From the NCBI GenBank assembly GCA_041736175.1, contig JBGSUI010000193.1, forward strand, positions 1 through 64,000: a DNA stretch of 64,000 nt, in the 5' to 3' direction. Shown in pieces: positions 1 to 9,536 of the stretch. The stretch is from Oligoflexales bacterium. Lineage in GTDB: Bacteria > Bdellovibrionota_B > Oligoflexia > Oligoflexales > CAIYRB01. The position numbers and the translations under genes are program-made. Numbering within the stretch: the stretch's first letter is position 1; the number at the start of each line of letters is the position of its first letter. The notes below the pieces were generated by a model. That model did no database searches and was not told the origin of the DNA. It saw only the letters and a list, made by a program, of their open reading frames with translations.

Positions 1-135
1 GGGGGTCAAAACAGTTTAAAATGCTTTCTGGACTCCGCGGGAATATCCCCTACTATCCGAAAGATGGGGAGACTGATTTTAGGTCCAAATCCTAGGATAG
101 GATTTAGGCTCGTACCCCCCCTATTTGGACACCCC
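1..135. mobile_element. Possible IS/MITE terminus interrupting cheB-cheR
   Basis: CheR homology stops at nt 136. The flanking sequence reads GGGGTGTCCAAATAG on the minus strand, imperfectly inverted to GGGGGTCAAAACAG at nt 1. No transposase is visible. Confidence 0.35.
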
Positions 136-1357
136 AGATAGACTGTTGTACCAACGCTCGATCGCCATCTATAGTAAAGTATTTCTGTAACCAGGGTTCC
201 GGAAGTTTGCGTACTTGGCACATGGGATAAATCCCGACACGGGCAAAATTGATTGAATTAAGGTCAAGGTCTGTGGAGAAAATCTTAAATGAGAGGTCTA
301 GTTTATGTTCATCAATAAAATCTTGAAGCATAAATGCGATGGTATAAGTCTCCTCACCAGAGCCGCATCCTAAAACCCACACTCTGATGACCGACTCACT
401 CTTTTGCTTACATTCTTCTGCCAACAGTGGAAAGACCAATTGTCGCAGTCGATCGAGGGAGTCCGGATGACTGTAGAATTCTAGATTTCTGCTGCGTAAC
501 TCGTGGTAAAGTGACTCCTGTTCGACCTGGTTAGCTTTAAACACTTTAAGATACTGCTCAAGATCTTGGACACCTACAATGAGGAGGCGTTGTTTGATTT
601 TTTCTCGTATTTGCGTCACATCATAACTAAAAAAATCTGTTTCGAATCGACTCCGAACCTCAGCTAAAATCCTATCAATCACAAAATGTGGATCACTCTC
701 TACATAGGTAGGCTTAGAACTAGCTGTCATCCTGCGGGTAATTTTTTCGATTTGACTGGGTATCTTTTGGATCGAAAGTTCAAGTGGTGCTGCTGCTGAG
801 TTTTTTACGTTTTGTGGCATTCCCTGAAAAATAGCTGAACCAATTTCTTGAATAATAACGTGGCCGCCCCGTCTACGAACCTCTAGTGCACCGTCAACCC
901 CGTCCGATCCAGTTCCCGACAGGACGACCGCAATGGCGGCCTCCCCATAATCAACTGCGAGAGATTTAAAAAGCTGGTCGATGGGATAAAAGCACTGTGG
1001 GTCAGATTTTTTGCGCTCTCGCAGTCGAATGCGTCCTCGACAAATCGTCATAAAATAACGGGATGGCACCAGGTAAAAGGCGCCTGAAAGTAGAGGAGCT
1101 CCGTCAAAGGCTTCCTGAACGGAATGTTTCGTATAACGAGATATGAGTTCGGGCAGGAGACTTTTATATCCCGGCGAAAGGTGCTGGCATAATAAAAAGG
1201 CTTGGGAAGATCTTTCAGGAATCACACGAATAAGGTCCAAGAGGACTTCGATACCACCCGCCGAAGATCCTATACCTACCACAACTTGTGCCATAATGCC
1301 CTGGGGTTTTGTTTCTGTGGTGCATGGAGAATCAGCTTCCTTTGACTGTATTTCCAT
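104..1357 (-). CDS. CheB methylesterase / CheR methyltransferase fusion, C-terminally truncated (probable pseudogene)
   Basis: CheB motifs VVGIGSSAGG, CQHL and LSGTGSDG. CheR motifs IRVWVLGCGSGEETYTIA and KIFSTDLD. The usual downstream VFARHNL..DPPF..DLISCRN segment is missing. Confidence 0.85.
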   Translation of the reverse strand: MEIQSKEADSPCTTETKPQGIMAQVVVGIGSSAGGIEVLLDLIRVIPERSSQAFLLCQHLSPGYKSLLPELISRYTKHSVQEAFDGAPLLSGAFYLVPSRYFMTICRGRIRLRERKKSDPQCFYPIDQLFKSLAVDYGEAAIAVVLSGTGSDGVDGALEVRRRGGHVIIQEIGSAIFQGMPQNVKNSAAAPLELSIQKIPSQIEKITRRMTASSKPTYVESDPHFVIDRILAEVRSRFETDFFSYDVTQIREKIKQRLLIVGVQDLEQYLKVFKANQVEQESLYHELRSRNLEFYSHPDSLDRLRQLVFPLLAEECKQKSESVIRVWVLGCGSGEETYTIAFMLQDFIDEHKLDLSFKIFSTDLDLNSINFARVGIYPMCQVRKLPEPWLQKYFTIDGDRALVQQSIWGVQIGGVRA

Positions 1358-1663
1358 TTAAGCCCTCATAAATCCCAAGGTTCGGATGTCTTATATCTCT
1401 TGTATCTTAAGCAATCAATAGAAATGACATCTCAACTCAAGTTTTTTTGTTTTAGACCAAATTGATTTTGTGACTTAAAATCCAAGGTTTCAATGGAAAT
1501 TTTTAGATTCACATTGAAACTCTAAACCTAAAAGCAAGAAGCCTATTTTTTTGTAGATATCTATATTTTCCTTGACTTGGCAATCACTTATAGATTTTAT
1601 TTGCTCTCAAAGCGTCGACCGATTGCGGCGACAACTTGGTTCAAACCTGAAAAAGAGTGTTAA

Positions 1664-3187
1664 ATGGCTACCGACTTTAGAGAATCTCATGCTCTCCAAC
1701 GTAAACTTCGTTATGAACCCTGTGAACAAGAACACATACGAACCTGTGGCCATGTCCAGGGTCATGGGATTTTGATTGGTGTGACCCCTCGCGATTTTAA
1801 AATCCTCTATTTATCGGCTCACATAGAGCCAATTTGCGAAGAATCTGTCCAAGATCTCCTTGGAGAACATCTCAACAAACTCATATTACAATCCCATTCT
1901 CTCGAACGACTTCTCAAGATAGAACCCAACACATCCTGTTATTTACCAAATTTTATAAACGGAAAGGGTGGGATTCCTTTTGATGTCTATGCCCATCATT
2001 CAGAAAAGGATCTTTTGCTGTTAGAATGTTTTGGCCCATCTGCTGCGCGTAACATCCCAGAAATCTTTTGGACTTCCATCTTTGAAATGAGTGAAGAAGA
2101 GGTCTATGATTGCCTTTTTAGCCACCTTGATCATATCTTGGAATACCATCGTGCCTTAATCTATAAATTTCAACCCGATGGATCGGGATTAGTCACCAAA
2201 GAACATATCCAGTCCACTTCATCTGCTGAAACTGTTCGCTACCTTGGTTTGCGCTATCCGGCGACGGATATCCCTAAAATTGTCCGCGACCTGTATCTAG
2301 AGAATCCGATCCGTTATATTGCAAATATCAACGAAGCGTCGCTCCCCATCGTCGGTTTGTGCTCCGAATCGAAGCCATCTTCCCTAGATCTAACTAAACT
2401 TTTGACCCGTGCCGTGTCCCCCTTTCACGCCAACTACCTTAGGAATATGGGGGTTACGGGTGCTTGCTCCTGCGCCATCGTCATACAGGGAAAACTCTGG
2501 GGACTTCTCTCCATTCATCAAAAAAAACCTCAATTGATCACCTATAAAGCCCTATGCGCCATTCAGTCTTTGGCTAAGACATTATCCGAATTTCTAAGGT
2601 CTAAATCGATTTCTGATCAGATGCAGTTTTTTGACCATGAGAATATGAACACCAAGGCATGGATAAACCTCCTCCTAGGTCAAAGTCCTCCCCGGTCACT
2701 TTTTTTTGGGAGCACTTTGGCCAAATTTTTTGGAGCACAAGGTTTTGCCTTTTTTAATGGCGAAACCTGGATTCACGAAGGGGACGTTCCCGATAGGGGG
2801 GCTCTCATGAGCCTTGCGACAACTGTAGCATCAGGAAAACACTGGGGAATTTTTCAAACTGACTGCCTTTATGCTGAACATCCAGCGATCGCCAAGATGA
2901 TGCCTGACTCTTGTGGAGTAACCATTGGTTGGTGCCACAATCGCATCAGCAAAGATCCCTATTTTTTGATATGGCTGAAAAAGGAGTTTAAAACCATGGT
3001 TAAATGGGGAAGTTATACTGAGTTTCCCGACGTAAAATCAATGCCAGAGGGAGATTTTTCTGCGGCTTCACCCCGAACCTCTTTCGGCCTATGGCAGGAG
3101 TCCATAACTCTGCACAGCGAGACCTGGAGCAAAGAAAGCCAATATGTGGCGAGAAACTTACTCAACTTGCTTATGGCCTGCCCATGA
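1664..3187 (+). CDS. bphP: Bacteriophytochrome photosensory module (PAS2-GAF-PHY), no output domain
   Basis: N-terminal chromophore Cys motif CEQEHIRTCGHVQGHG; YPATDIP; SPFHANYLRNMGV; LWGLLSIH; tongue PRTSF and WQE. The stop codon follows the PHY domain directly. Confidence 0.9.
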   Translation: MATDFRESHALQRKLRYEPCEQEHIRTCGHVQGHGILIGVTPRDFKILYLSAHIEPICEESVQDLLGEHLNKLILQSHSLERLLKIEPNTSCYLPNFINGKGGIPFDVYAHHSEKDLLLLECFGPSAARNIPEIFWTSIFEMSEEEVYDCLFSHLDHILEYHRALIYKFQPDGSGLVTKEHIQSTSSAETVRYLGLRYPATDIPKIVRDLYLENPIRYIANINEASLPIVGLCSESKPSSLDLTKLLTRAVSPFHANYLRNMGVTGACSCAIVIQGKLWGLLSIHQKKPQLITYKALCAIQSLAKTLSEFLRSKSISDQMQFFDHENMNTKAWINLLLGQSPPRSLFFGSTLAKFFGAQGFAFFNGETWIHEGDVPDRGALMSLATTVASGKHWGIFQTDCLYAEHPAIAKMMPDSCGVTIGWCHNRISKDPYFLIWLKKEFKTMVKWGSYTEFPDVKSMPEGDFSAASPRTSFGLWQESITLHSETWSKESQYVARNLLNLLMACP

Positions 3188-3843
3188 GGCGACAGCCAAA
3201 AGATTTGTGGTCCCAGCGACTTAAACAACAAACGAGACAGACCCATGATATGGTCGAACGAGCTGCCGCGCCTCTTCTGGCACCAGACCTTACCCTTGGG
3301 AGCTACCGAAATTTTCTTTCTAGAATGATTGATTTTATCTCCCTTCATGAAGACTTTATAAATGAGTCTTGTCAAAAAGATCCATGGATCTCCCTACTCG
3401 ACTACCATTCGAGACAAAAATTGCCTTATTTGCTGCGAGATTATCACCAGCTAGATCCATATTGTTTAGATAAGCGTGCTGATCTCTCTAAGCTAAATCG
3501 CCTTGAGGCCGTTCCTTTGAAAACGACGGCGCAGCGCTTAGGGTTTTTATATGTGATTGAGGGATCAACCCTTGGCGGCCTGATTATCGCAAAAAAACTC
3601 GAAAGACTCCTCCAACTTAGCAATATTGGAGGTATCCACTATTTCAATATCTATGGCTACAAGACTCGCCCCAATTGGGATCAGTTTTTAGAAGTCCTTA
3701 ACACCTATTGCGACAAAAACCCTAATGAATACGAGGCTGTCCTCGAGAGCGCCCTACAAACCTTTACCAGTTACCACGTAACCGTACAGTATCCCTTAAT
3801 ACCCCAAACGCTCCTTTCCAGTCCCAGTCTTGTACTGGGTTGA
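3184..3843 (+). CDS. bphO: Biliverdin-producing heme oxygenase
   Basis: LKQQTRQTHDMVE and LGFLYVIEGSTLGG motifs. ATG at 3184 overlaps the bphP stop (ATGA). Confidence 0.9.
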   Translation: MRRQPKDLWSQRLKQQTRQTHDMVERAAAPLLAPDLTLGSYRNFLSRMIDFISLHEDFINESCQKDPWISLLDYHSRQKLPYLLRDYHQLDPYCLDKRADLSKLNRLEAVPLKTTAQRLGFLYVIEGSTLGGLIIAKKLERLLQLSNIGGIHYFNIYGYKTRPNWDQFLEVLNTYCDKNPNEYEAVLESALQTFTSYHVTVQYPLIPQTLLSSPSLVLG

Positions 3844-4296
3844 TATTCCAGGTCGTGCTGATGCAAGTATGCTGTACTTAACAGGAAGTGGTTTTGTGAC
3901 TGGGAACCCTTCCTTAGCAATCAGTAGTTCAATGAGATCCGAAGAGGTGACCAGCCCCACAAGCTGGTGATCGTCGTCCACGACCGGAACTGAATCGATT
4001 TTGTGTTTGATCATCGTCTCACTAATGATCGTAACTGAAGTCGTCGACCGACAGGTGATTGGATCGCTCGTCATGACTTCTCCTACAGTCAATGGCTCCA
4101 CTTCGAGCATACCATCGCTGCTAGGACTGGCGTGGATAAGGATGTCGCGATCTGACAGAATCCCTACGAGGCTCTGTCCCTCTAGGACTGGAAGGTGCCT
4201 AATCTCCCACTCAGTCATGATCTCATAGGCATCTTGCAGGCTGTCACTCGGCTCGACACATACCACGTTGCGGGTCATAGCTGCTGAGGCTTTCAT
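3796..4296 (-). CDS. CBS domain pair protein
   Basis: IRHLPVLE..LVGILSDRDI and IDSVPVVD..LVGLVTSSDL. AAGGAG RBS precedes ATG 4296. Confidence 0.9.
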   Translation of the reverse strand: MKASAAMTRNVVCVEPSDSLQDAYEIMTEWEIRHLPVLEGQSLVGILSDRDILIHASPSSDGMLEVEPLTVGEVMTSDPITCRSTTSVTIISETMIKHKIDSVPVVDDDHQLVGLVTSSDLIELLIAKEGFPVTKPLPVKYSILASARPGISTQYKTGTGKERLGY

Positions 4297-4492
4297 AGAC
4301 TCGTCTCCTTTTGATGAGGTTGAGAAGGGTTCCCACCTTAATCTATACATGTTTTGTGCCAAGAGAGCATATCCCGAAAACCACTACAAAATTAGGACCC
4401 TCTGTAGGATATCCCTCCATCAACGCAGAGCATTTTGGGCTAATTCCCACACCATTTTGAGGCTTGCCTCGTGACTTCCCACACCACAGCTC

Positions 4493-5158
4493 CTAGGGTG
4501 TTTGGGAAAACGGCGTAGAAAATAAATGGGCCCCCCCCTCACAGACATAGCCACTGATGGGTTGGTCATGGGATTCCGCAGGTAGGCTATCCACAATAAA
4601 ATCCCTAAAGACGATCGCGAGGGACCTGAGGTTGGGGTATTTTGCTAGGTATCGATCGTAGTAGCCGCCCCCATAGCCAAGACGATGGCCTTTACGATCG
4701 ACGGCCAAGGCTGGGACCAGAAGCAGGAAGTCCTGGGGATTGATCAGCGGGAAAACCCCGGGTTGAATCTCCTGACCAGAAAGCCACCGAGGCTCAAGAA
4801 TCCCATAGGTATTCTTTTCAAAGGAGTCCCCATGTTCATAGGAGTAAAAGGCCATAGCACCGTCACCAAAGATCTTAGGAAGGGCTGATCGATAGGTTTT
4901 AGAGCCTAATGCAAAGTCCTTTGCAGGCTTTAGTAGAGGACTTAGATCGGGCTCGCCGCGAAATGCAGCAAAGCAGCCGATCCAAAGTATTTTGTGCTCC
5001 ACTGCATATTGGTGTACATGCCGACAGATCTTGAGACTATTGTCAGCCTTGGTTTCCTCGGCAATTCTCTTGCGTCGGTCGAGTAAATCCTGGCGTAGCA
5101 TCTTTTTACTTGGAAGCTTTTTACTTGAGAACTCTGTACTAGGGGGATCATGCGCCAC
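4493..5158 (-). CDS. ygfA: 5-formyltetrahydrofolate cyclo-ligase
   Basis: LLVPALAVDRKGHRLGYGGGYYDRYL, YGILEP and PAESHD motifs. Confidence 0.93.
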   Translation of the reverse strand: MAHDPPSTEFSSKKLPSKKMLRQDLLDRRKRIAEETKADNSLKICRHVHQYAVEHKILWIGCFAAFRGEPDLSPLLKPAKDFALGSKTYRSALPKIFGDGAMAFYSYEHGDSFEKNTYGILEPRWLSGQEIQPGVFPLINPQDFLLLVPALAVDRKGHRLGYGGGYYDRYLAKYPNLRSLAIVFRDFIVDSLPAESHDQPISGYVCEGGAHLFSTPFSQTP

Positions 5159-5161
5159 TTT

Positions 5162-6181
5162 CTATTGCACCGTGACCGAGATCGGCGAAGTATACTCCCA
5201 CCGACCAGCGACTTCTGAAAAAGCACCCAGCCTGAGTTGGTACTGCCCGGGAGCGACCCCATTGAGTTGCAGAGAGTTGCCAGAAGATGCAAAGCGGTGT
5301 TGGGGATTGGCCCACCCTCCGGTGCTAAACTCCACTCGGTAAAATCCTACCTTGGCATCGCCTTTCCAAGAGACCACACCTCCGCTGCCAGCGATGGTGC
5401 CACCGCTCGCTGGTTGGTCGAGGGAAATTGCACGGCGTTGGGGAGGATTGACATTAAAGGATCTAATATCGGTTTTGCCAGAGCGGTTTTCTACGCGCCA
5501 GTACCATTTCCCTGGCCATGGTTGTTGAAACGCATAAGTATTACCTTTCACAAAAACCCTCATAGATGGAGGATTTAAAGTTGGATGCCGCGAGAAAACG
5601 ATATGGCCACTGCCACCAGTCCAGGAAAATTGTGCTGCTCCTTGGGATTCATCATAACCCACAGTAGCCCCATCGGCGGGCTGATCAAGGCTTAGGGGAC
5701 CGCTGCCAGCGACTCCTCCACCGCTACCTGCAAGTTTAGGCTTGGATTCTGCCACGGGGGCGGACGCTGGTGCCACCTCTTCTTTGGCCACTTCAGCTTT
5801 CTCGGCCTCTTTGGCCTCGTCGGCTGCTGTATCTTCGGTCTTTTCGGTGCCATCCCCTTCTTCAGTTTCGTCTGCTCTTTCTGAATCAGTCTCTCCAGCG
5901 GTCGATGCTGTTTCCTCGGACTCCGAATCGTCACCTAGTGTGAGGAAGTAGAACAAGCCTGCGAGGAGGACAAAAGCCAAGCCTCCAATGGCATAGTATT
6001 TCGCCCGATTCTGATTGACGAAGCCTCCCTCCTTAAAAATCTGCGAAACAGCATTGGTGTTAGTCCCAAAGTTGCTCGTAAACTCACCCTTAAGGTCTGC
6101 CGTAAACGGATTGCCTTGGGTGGCTTGCTGTGACGAGAAGGTATCGTTGAGTCCCGTCTGGTTACTTGGCGCTTCGTTCAT
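5162..6181 (-). CDS. Single-pass membrane protein with acidic linker and two tandem beta-sandwich (Ig/Fn3-like) repeats
   Basis: TM segment YYAIGGLAFVLLAGLFYFL; E/D/T-rich linker; repeats LSLDQPADGA..FSW..GKWYWRV and ISLDQPASGG..VSW..GQYQLRL. Confidence 0.75.
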   Translation of the reverse strand: MNEAPSNQTGLNDTFSSQQATQGNPFTADLKGEFTSNFGTNTNAVSQIFKEGGFVNQNRAKYYAIGGLAFVLLAGLFYFLTLGDDSESEETASTAGETDSERADETEEGDGTEKTEDTAADEAKEAEKAEVAKEEVAPASAPVAESKPKLAGSGGGVAGSGPLSLDQPADGATVGYDESQGAAQFSWTGGSGHIVFSRHPTLNPPSMRVFVKGNTYAFQQPWPGKWYWRVENRSGKTDIRSFNVNPPQRRAISLDQPASGGTIAGSGGVVSWKGDAKVGFYRVEFSTGGWANPQHRFASSGNSLQLNGVAPGQYQLRLGAFSEVAGRWEYTSPISVTVQ

Positions 6182-6280
6182 GTATAGGTCTCCTTGGCAG
6201 AAATAATTGAACTATATTTCGTTCTGGGGGCCCGGCTTGGTTCGGGTTGGGGTTGGAACAATTGATCTATCTGTAGGGTC

Positions 6281-6307
6281 TCATCGACGAGGTGAAAGAA
6301 AACTTTA
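6281..6307 (-). promoter_or_regulatory. FliA/sigma28-like promoter
   Basis: Minus strand TAAAGTTT-N11-GTCGATGA against consensus TAAAGTTT-N11-GCCGATAA, about 100 nt upstream of ATG 6181. Confidence 0.6.
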
Positions 6308-6508
6308 GTGAGTCGAAATGGCGAGGTGAGGTGGAGCAGTTTCCCCTAAAAGCTAAGTCGAGGAATATGCCTTAGTATTATGATAAAGTTCTATGAGGCA
6401 AAAAATCAACAGATACCTGAAAAAAACACCGCTCATAAAGCTACGGGGTAGAAAAATGCATTATACTGTTTAGTAACGAAGATTTTAAAAAATCCAAACT
6501 CTAGGCAC

Positions 6509-7654
6509 TTACAAAAGCTTAAAAACTCCCTGCCATAAATTGACCCCGTCCTCGATATCTATTTTCATCACAAACACTTTTACCTTTTTATTTTGTGCCA
6601 CAGACCTAAACACCAGAGGGTCCCGCGCAAAATCCTTAGCCGTGGTTACAATCGACCGGGTTTGCTCAGTGACTCGACATTCCAAATCATTTTTGTTTAT
6701 TTTATGGTGATCACCCACAACAAGGGTCGCCGCAATGGGAGACTTTCCAGACTGCCCATAAAGATAGGTAAAATCATCAAAAAACACCTGTGGCCTAGCA
6801 ATACCACAGACTAACAGTGCTGGACAATGTTTTGGGGGATCAAATCTCGTGGGAGGACCATCCCAAGACTCCCCCCAGACTGGTCCGCCCTGACACTCGC
6901 CAATAGGTTTCGGTGCCACGTGGACCGGAAAGATGGGGAGGTTTGGATTTTGGGAGGCTCTCCTCACTCCTTGGGAGATCCATCCCGTTTGGACCGCTTG
7001 GGTCGCTCCTGCTCCTGGACGCATGATAAAAACGACCGATGCTCGTTTGAGGGCCGTCAGCGGCTCCCGCAAGCGCCCTCGAGGCAACAGATATTGATCG
7101 TCTCCCCACCTGCCTCGCGGTTCTCCTTTGCCGCCATAGATCAACACGATATCAAGATGACGCTTGAGATTCCAATGCTGAAAACCGTCATCCAAAACCC
7201 AATAAAAGTCCCCAGGTCTACGTGGCTGCTGGTCCAAATAACGTAGATAGATCTGGGCAGCTTGAAACCGATTGGCACCGATCACAATGGGGAGACCCGG
7301 CAGTGCTAAAGATTGCATCATGGCCTCGTCGGGCGTCCCTAAATCCGGTCGAGACTGGGCGACGATGTTGCCGTTGATCAGCACCATAGAGTCTTGGGAT
7401 TTAAATCCAGCCCCATAACCTCGCGTCAAAACAACCGGGTAATGACCTTTTCTCATAAGGGATTGGCACAGAGATATCACGACTGGAGACTTTCCCGTAC
7501 CACCCACCTCTATGTTGCCGATAGAAATCACCACACCTGGCAACTCTTTAGGTCGTTTGAGGCCGGCTTTATAGAGTGACTCGCGGATCTTTAACAAAAA
7601 TCCATAGATCCCCGAGAGCGGCGTGGCCCACCAATTATTGATGAGTGTATGCAT
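6509..7654 (-). CDS. lpxK: Tetraacyldisaccharide 4'-kinase
   Basis: VISIGNIEVGGTGKSP, LTRGYG, LDDGFQH, LLPRGRLREP, TTAKD. Confidence 0.95.
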   Translation of the reverse strand: MHTLINNWWATPLSGIYGFLLKIRESLYKAGLKRPKELPGVVISIGNIEVGGTGKSPVVISLCQSLMRKGHYPVVLTRGYGAGFKSQDSMVLINGNIVAQSRPDLGTPDEAMMQSLALPGLPIVIGANRFQAAQIYLRYLDQQPRRPGDFYWVLDDGFQHWNLKRHLDIVLIYGGKGEPRGRWGDDQYLLPRGRLREPLTALKRASVVFIMRPGAGATQAVQTGWISQGVRRASQNPNLPIFPVHVAPKPIGECQGGPVWGESWDGPPTRFDPPKHCPALLVCGIARPQVFFDDFTYLYGQSGKSPIAATLVVGDHHKINKNDLECRVTEQTRSIVTTAKDFARDPLVFRSVAQNKKVKVFVMKIDIEDGVNLWQGVFKLL

Positions 7655-9482
7655 CGGACTCTGCCTGACAATATTGCTGATAGCGAGGTAGTTTTAGGAG
7701 CTGTTCGTGGGGTCCACTATGGGTGATACGACCAAATTCTACAAACAGGACTCTGTCAAAAAGATCTAACCACTGAAGTCTATGTGTTATCATAAAAAGA
7801 TTTATTTTATGAGTCCTCGATTTTTGAATGAGTTTTTTAATAAGCATTCCTTCGGCGACTGCATCGATCGCCGACGTGGCCTCATCCAAGAGCAGAAAAC
7901 GGCGTTTGCGAAGGATTGCCCGGGCGATCACCAGTCTTTGGAGCTGGCCTCCAGACACGTTGTGGGTAAACGCAAAGACGGCCGTGTCAAGCTGCTGGTC
8001 AAAATCACGAACCTCCACCTCTAAACCAACTTCTCCTAAAGCCTCCCACAGGTCTTGATCCGTTAGGGTTCCCTCACCTAAAGCCCCATAGACAAGATTG
8101 TTGCGGATGGAATCATGGAAGAAAAAGGGATCTTGGCTTACAAAAGAGACCTGACCGACAAACTCTTGCCATTCCATGGTCGCGTCCCAAGTGGAAGGTG
8201 CAATTAATCCCGCAAGACTCTTAATAAAAGTAGATTTTCCAGCTCCGCTTGGCCCGATCACCGCAATAGTTTGCCCTGGTGTCAAAGAAAGATCTCGGGT
8301 GGTGAATAAGAGCTTTTGGTCGATGGTCACCCTTATCTGAGCGACTAAAAGCCCTGAGTGGGAGACTTCTCTTAACCGAGTCTCTTTGACAGTGGTTTTT
8401 GCTAAGGCCGCCAATGTTTCAACTTGGTGAAACACTTCTAGACTACTTTTAAGGATTCCCTTGGTTTCATGATAACGGGCAATCTGCTCGCCGAGTTCTT
8501 TGACAGGCCGCATCAAAAGCCCTAAGGCCACCATCAACTGGATAAGGGTCTCGCCATCAAATGCCAAGACAAGTCGTTGGCCCACCAAAAAAAGGAGCCC
8601 TGCAAAAAACACAAACCCTATCCATTCAAGAGAGGACACCATAAAGGCTCTAATCCAAAGGGAACGGCGCATGGTTTGAAAGTATTGGTCCGCAAGCATG
8701 CTGAAAAAATCATTCTCTCTCTGCTGGCCTTTTTGGCCATAGACAAAATCAAACCGCTGGCGCATATCGTGGACCGCTGCGGCGATTTTCCCAAGGGCTC
8801 GCTGGAATCCCTCCGCATATTGGGTCACTCTTTTGCCAGCGCGGCCCATAGACCATGCCATCACTGGGATACAACTCGATATCACAAGGGCGCTTGGCCA
8901 GTGGATCACCCAGAGGAGTCCTATAGAAACCACAATCAAGATCGAGTCCTTAAAGAGGGCTGTCGACAACTCGGTCATCCGGTTTTGTAAATGCACGACA
9001 TCGTTCATGACGATCGACATCCACTGACCAGGAGAACGGAGGTGGACTTCTAAAAAAGGCAGCTTAACAATCGCACTAAATAATTTTTCGCGATAAAAAG
9101 ATGCTGCATAGAGCCCCAACCGCTGCTGGCTTACCTGATAAAAATAATTGCTCGTGGCTTGCCCCACTCCCACCAGTAAAAGATAAAGAGGCACCAGCCA
9201 AGAAAGCGCACGGGTTGAAACCTCCCGGTTTAAGAGGGATCCGATTGATGTACTAACCGGGCCACTGGATTCTGCAAGATTTAATTTAAGTGGTATTAGA
9301 TCTCGGATAAACAGGGTCGATACATTTCCTTGGTCAAAAAGAGCTCGCATCAACCCCTTTGTTCCAAAGACAAAAGCTCCTTGGCAAAGACTGAGACCCA
9401 GGAGAGACACCAGAAAAAGGGCCACTAAAGACTTGTGAGCTCTTACCGTCTCGCCTATGAGACTCACAAGCTGCAAAACCAA
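7635..9482 (-). CDS. msbA: MsbA-like ABC exporter (TMD+NBD)
   Basis: N-terminal TM helices; GPSGAGKS, VSGGQLQR, LLLDEATSAID; lies between lpxB and lpxK. Confidence 0.8.
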   Translation of the reverse strand: MVLQLVSLIGETVRAHKSLVALFLVSLLGLSLCQGAFVFGTKGLMRALFDQGNVSTLFIRDLIPLKLNLAESSGPVSTSIGSLLNREVSTRALSWLVPLYLLLVGVGQATSNYFYQVSQQRLGLYAASFYREKLFSAIVKLPFLEVHLRSPGQWMSIVMNDVVHLQNRMTELSTALFKDSILIVVSIGLLWVIHWPSALVISSCIPVMAWSMGRAGKRVTQYAEGFQRALGKIAAAVHDMRQRFDFVYGQKGQQRENDFFSMLADQYFQTMRRSLWIRAFMVSSLEWIGFVFFAGLLFLVGQRLVLAFDGETLIQLMVALGLLMRPVKELGEQIARYHETKGILKSSLEVFHQVETLAALAKTTVKETRLREVSHSGLLVAQIRVTIDQKLLFTTRDLSLTPGQTIAVIGPSGAGKSTFIKSLAGLIAPSTWDATMEWQEFVGQVSFVSQDPFFFHDSIRNNLVYGALGEGTLTDQDLWEALGEVGLEVEVRDFDQQLDTAVFAFTHNVSGGQLQRLVIARAILRKRRFLLLDEATSAIDAVAEGMLIKKLIQKSRTHKINLFMITHRLQWLDLFDRVLFVEFGRITHSGPHEQLLKLPRYQQYCQAESDAYTHQ

Positions 9483-9536
9483 CGATGGTTTAACGTCCGT
9501 ATGAGGGGTATGAATAGGAATCCCTCCTCCTTGTGA

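Noticed and set aside
3091..3183. Upstream start of bphO, or a frameshifted phytochrome output domain
   Set aside because: The downstream frame encodes heme oxygenase, and the ATGA coupling at 3184 explains the overlap.
4347..4362. Sigma54 promoter for the CBS gene (TTGGCACAAAACATGT)
   Set aside because: The -24 box is good but the -12 box is ATGT rather than TTGC, too weak to call.
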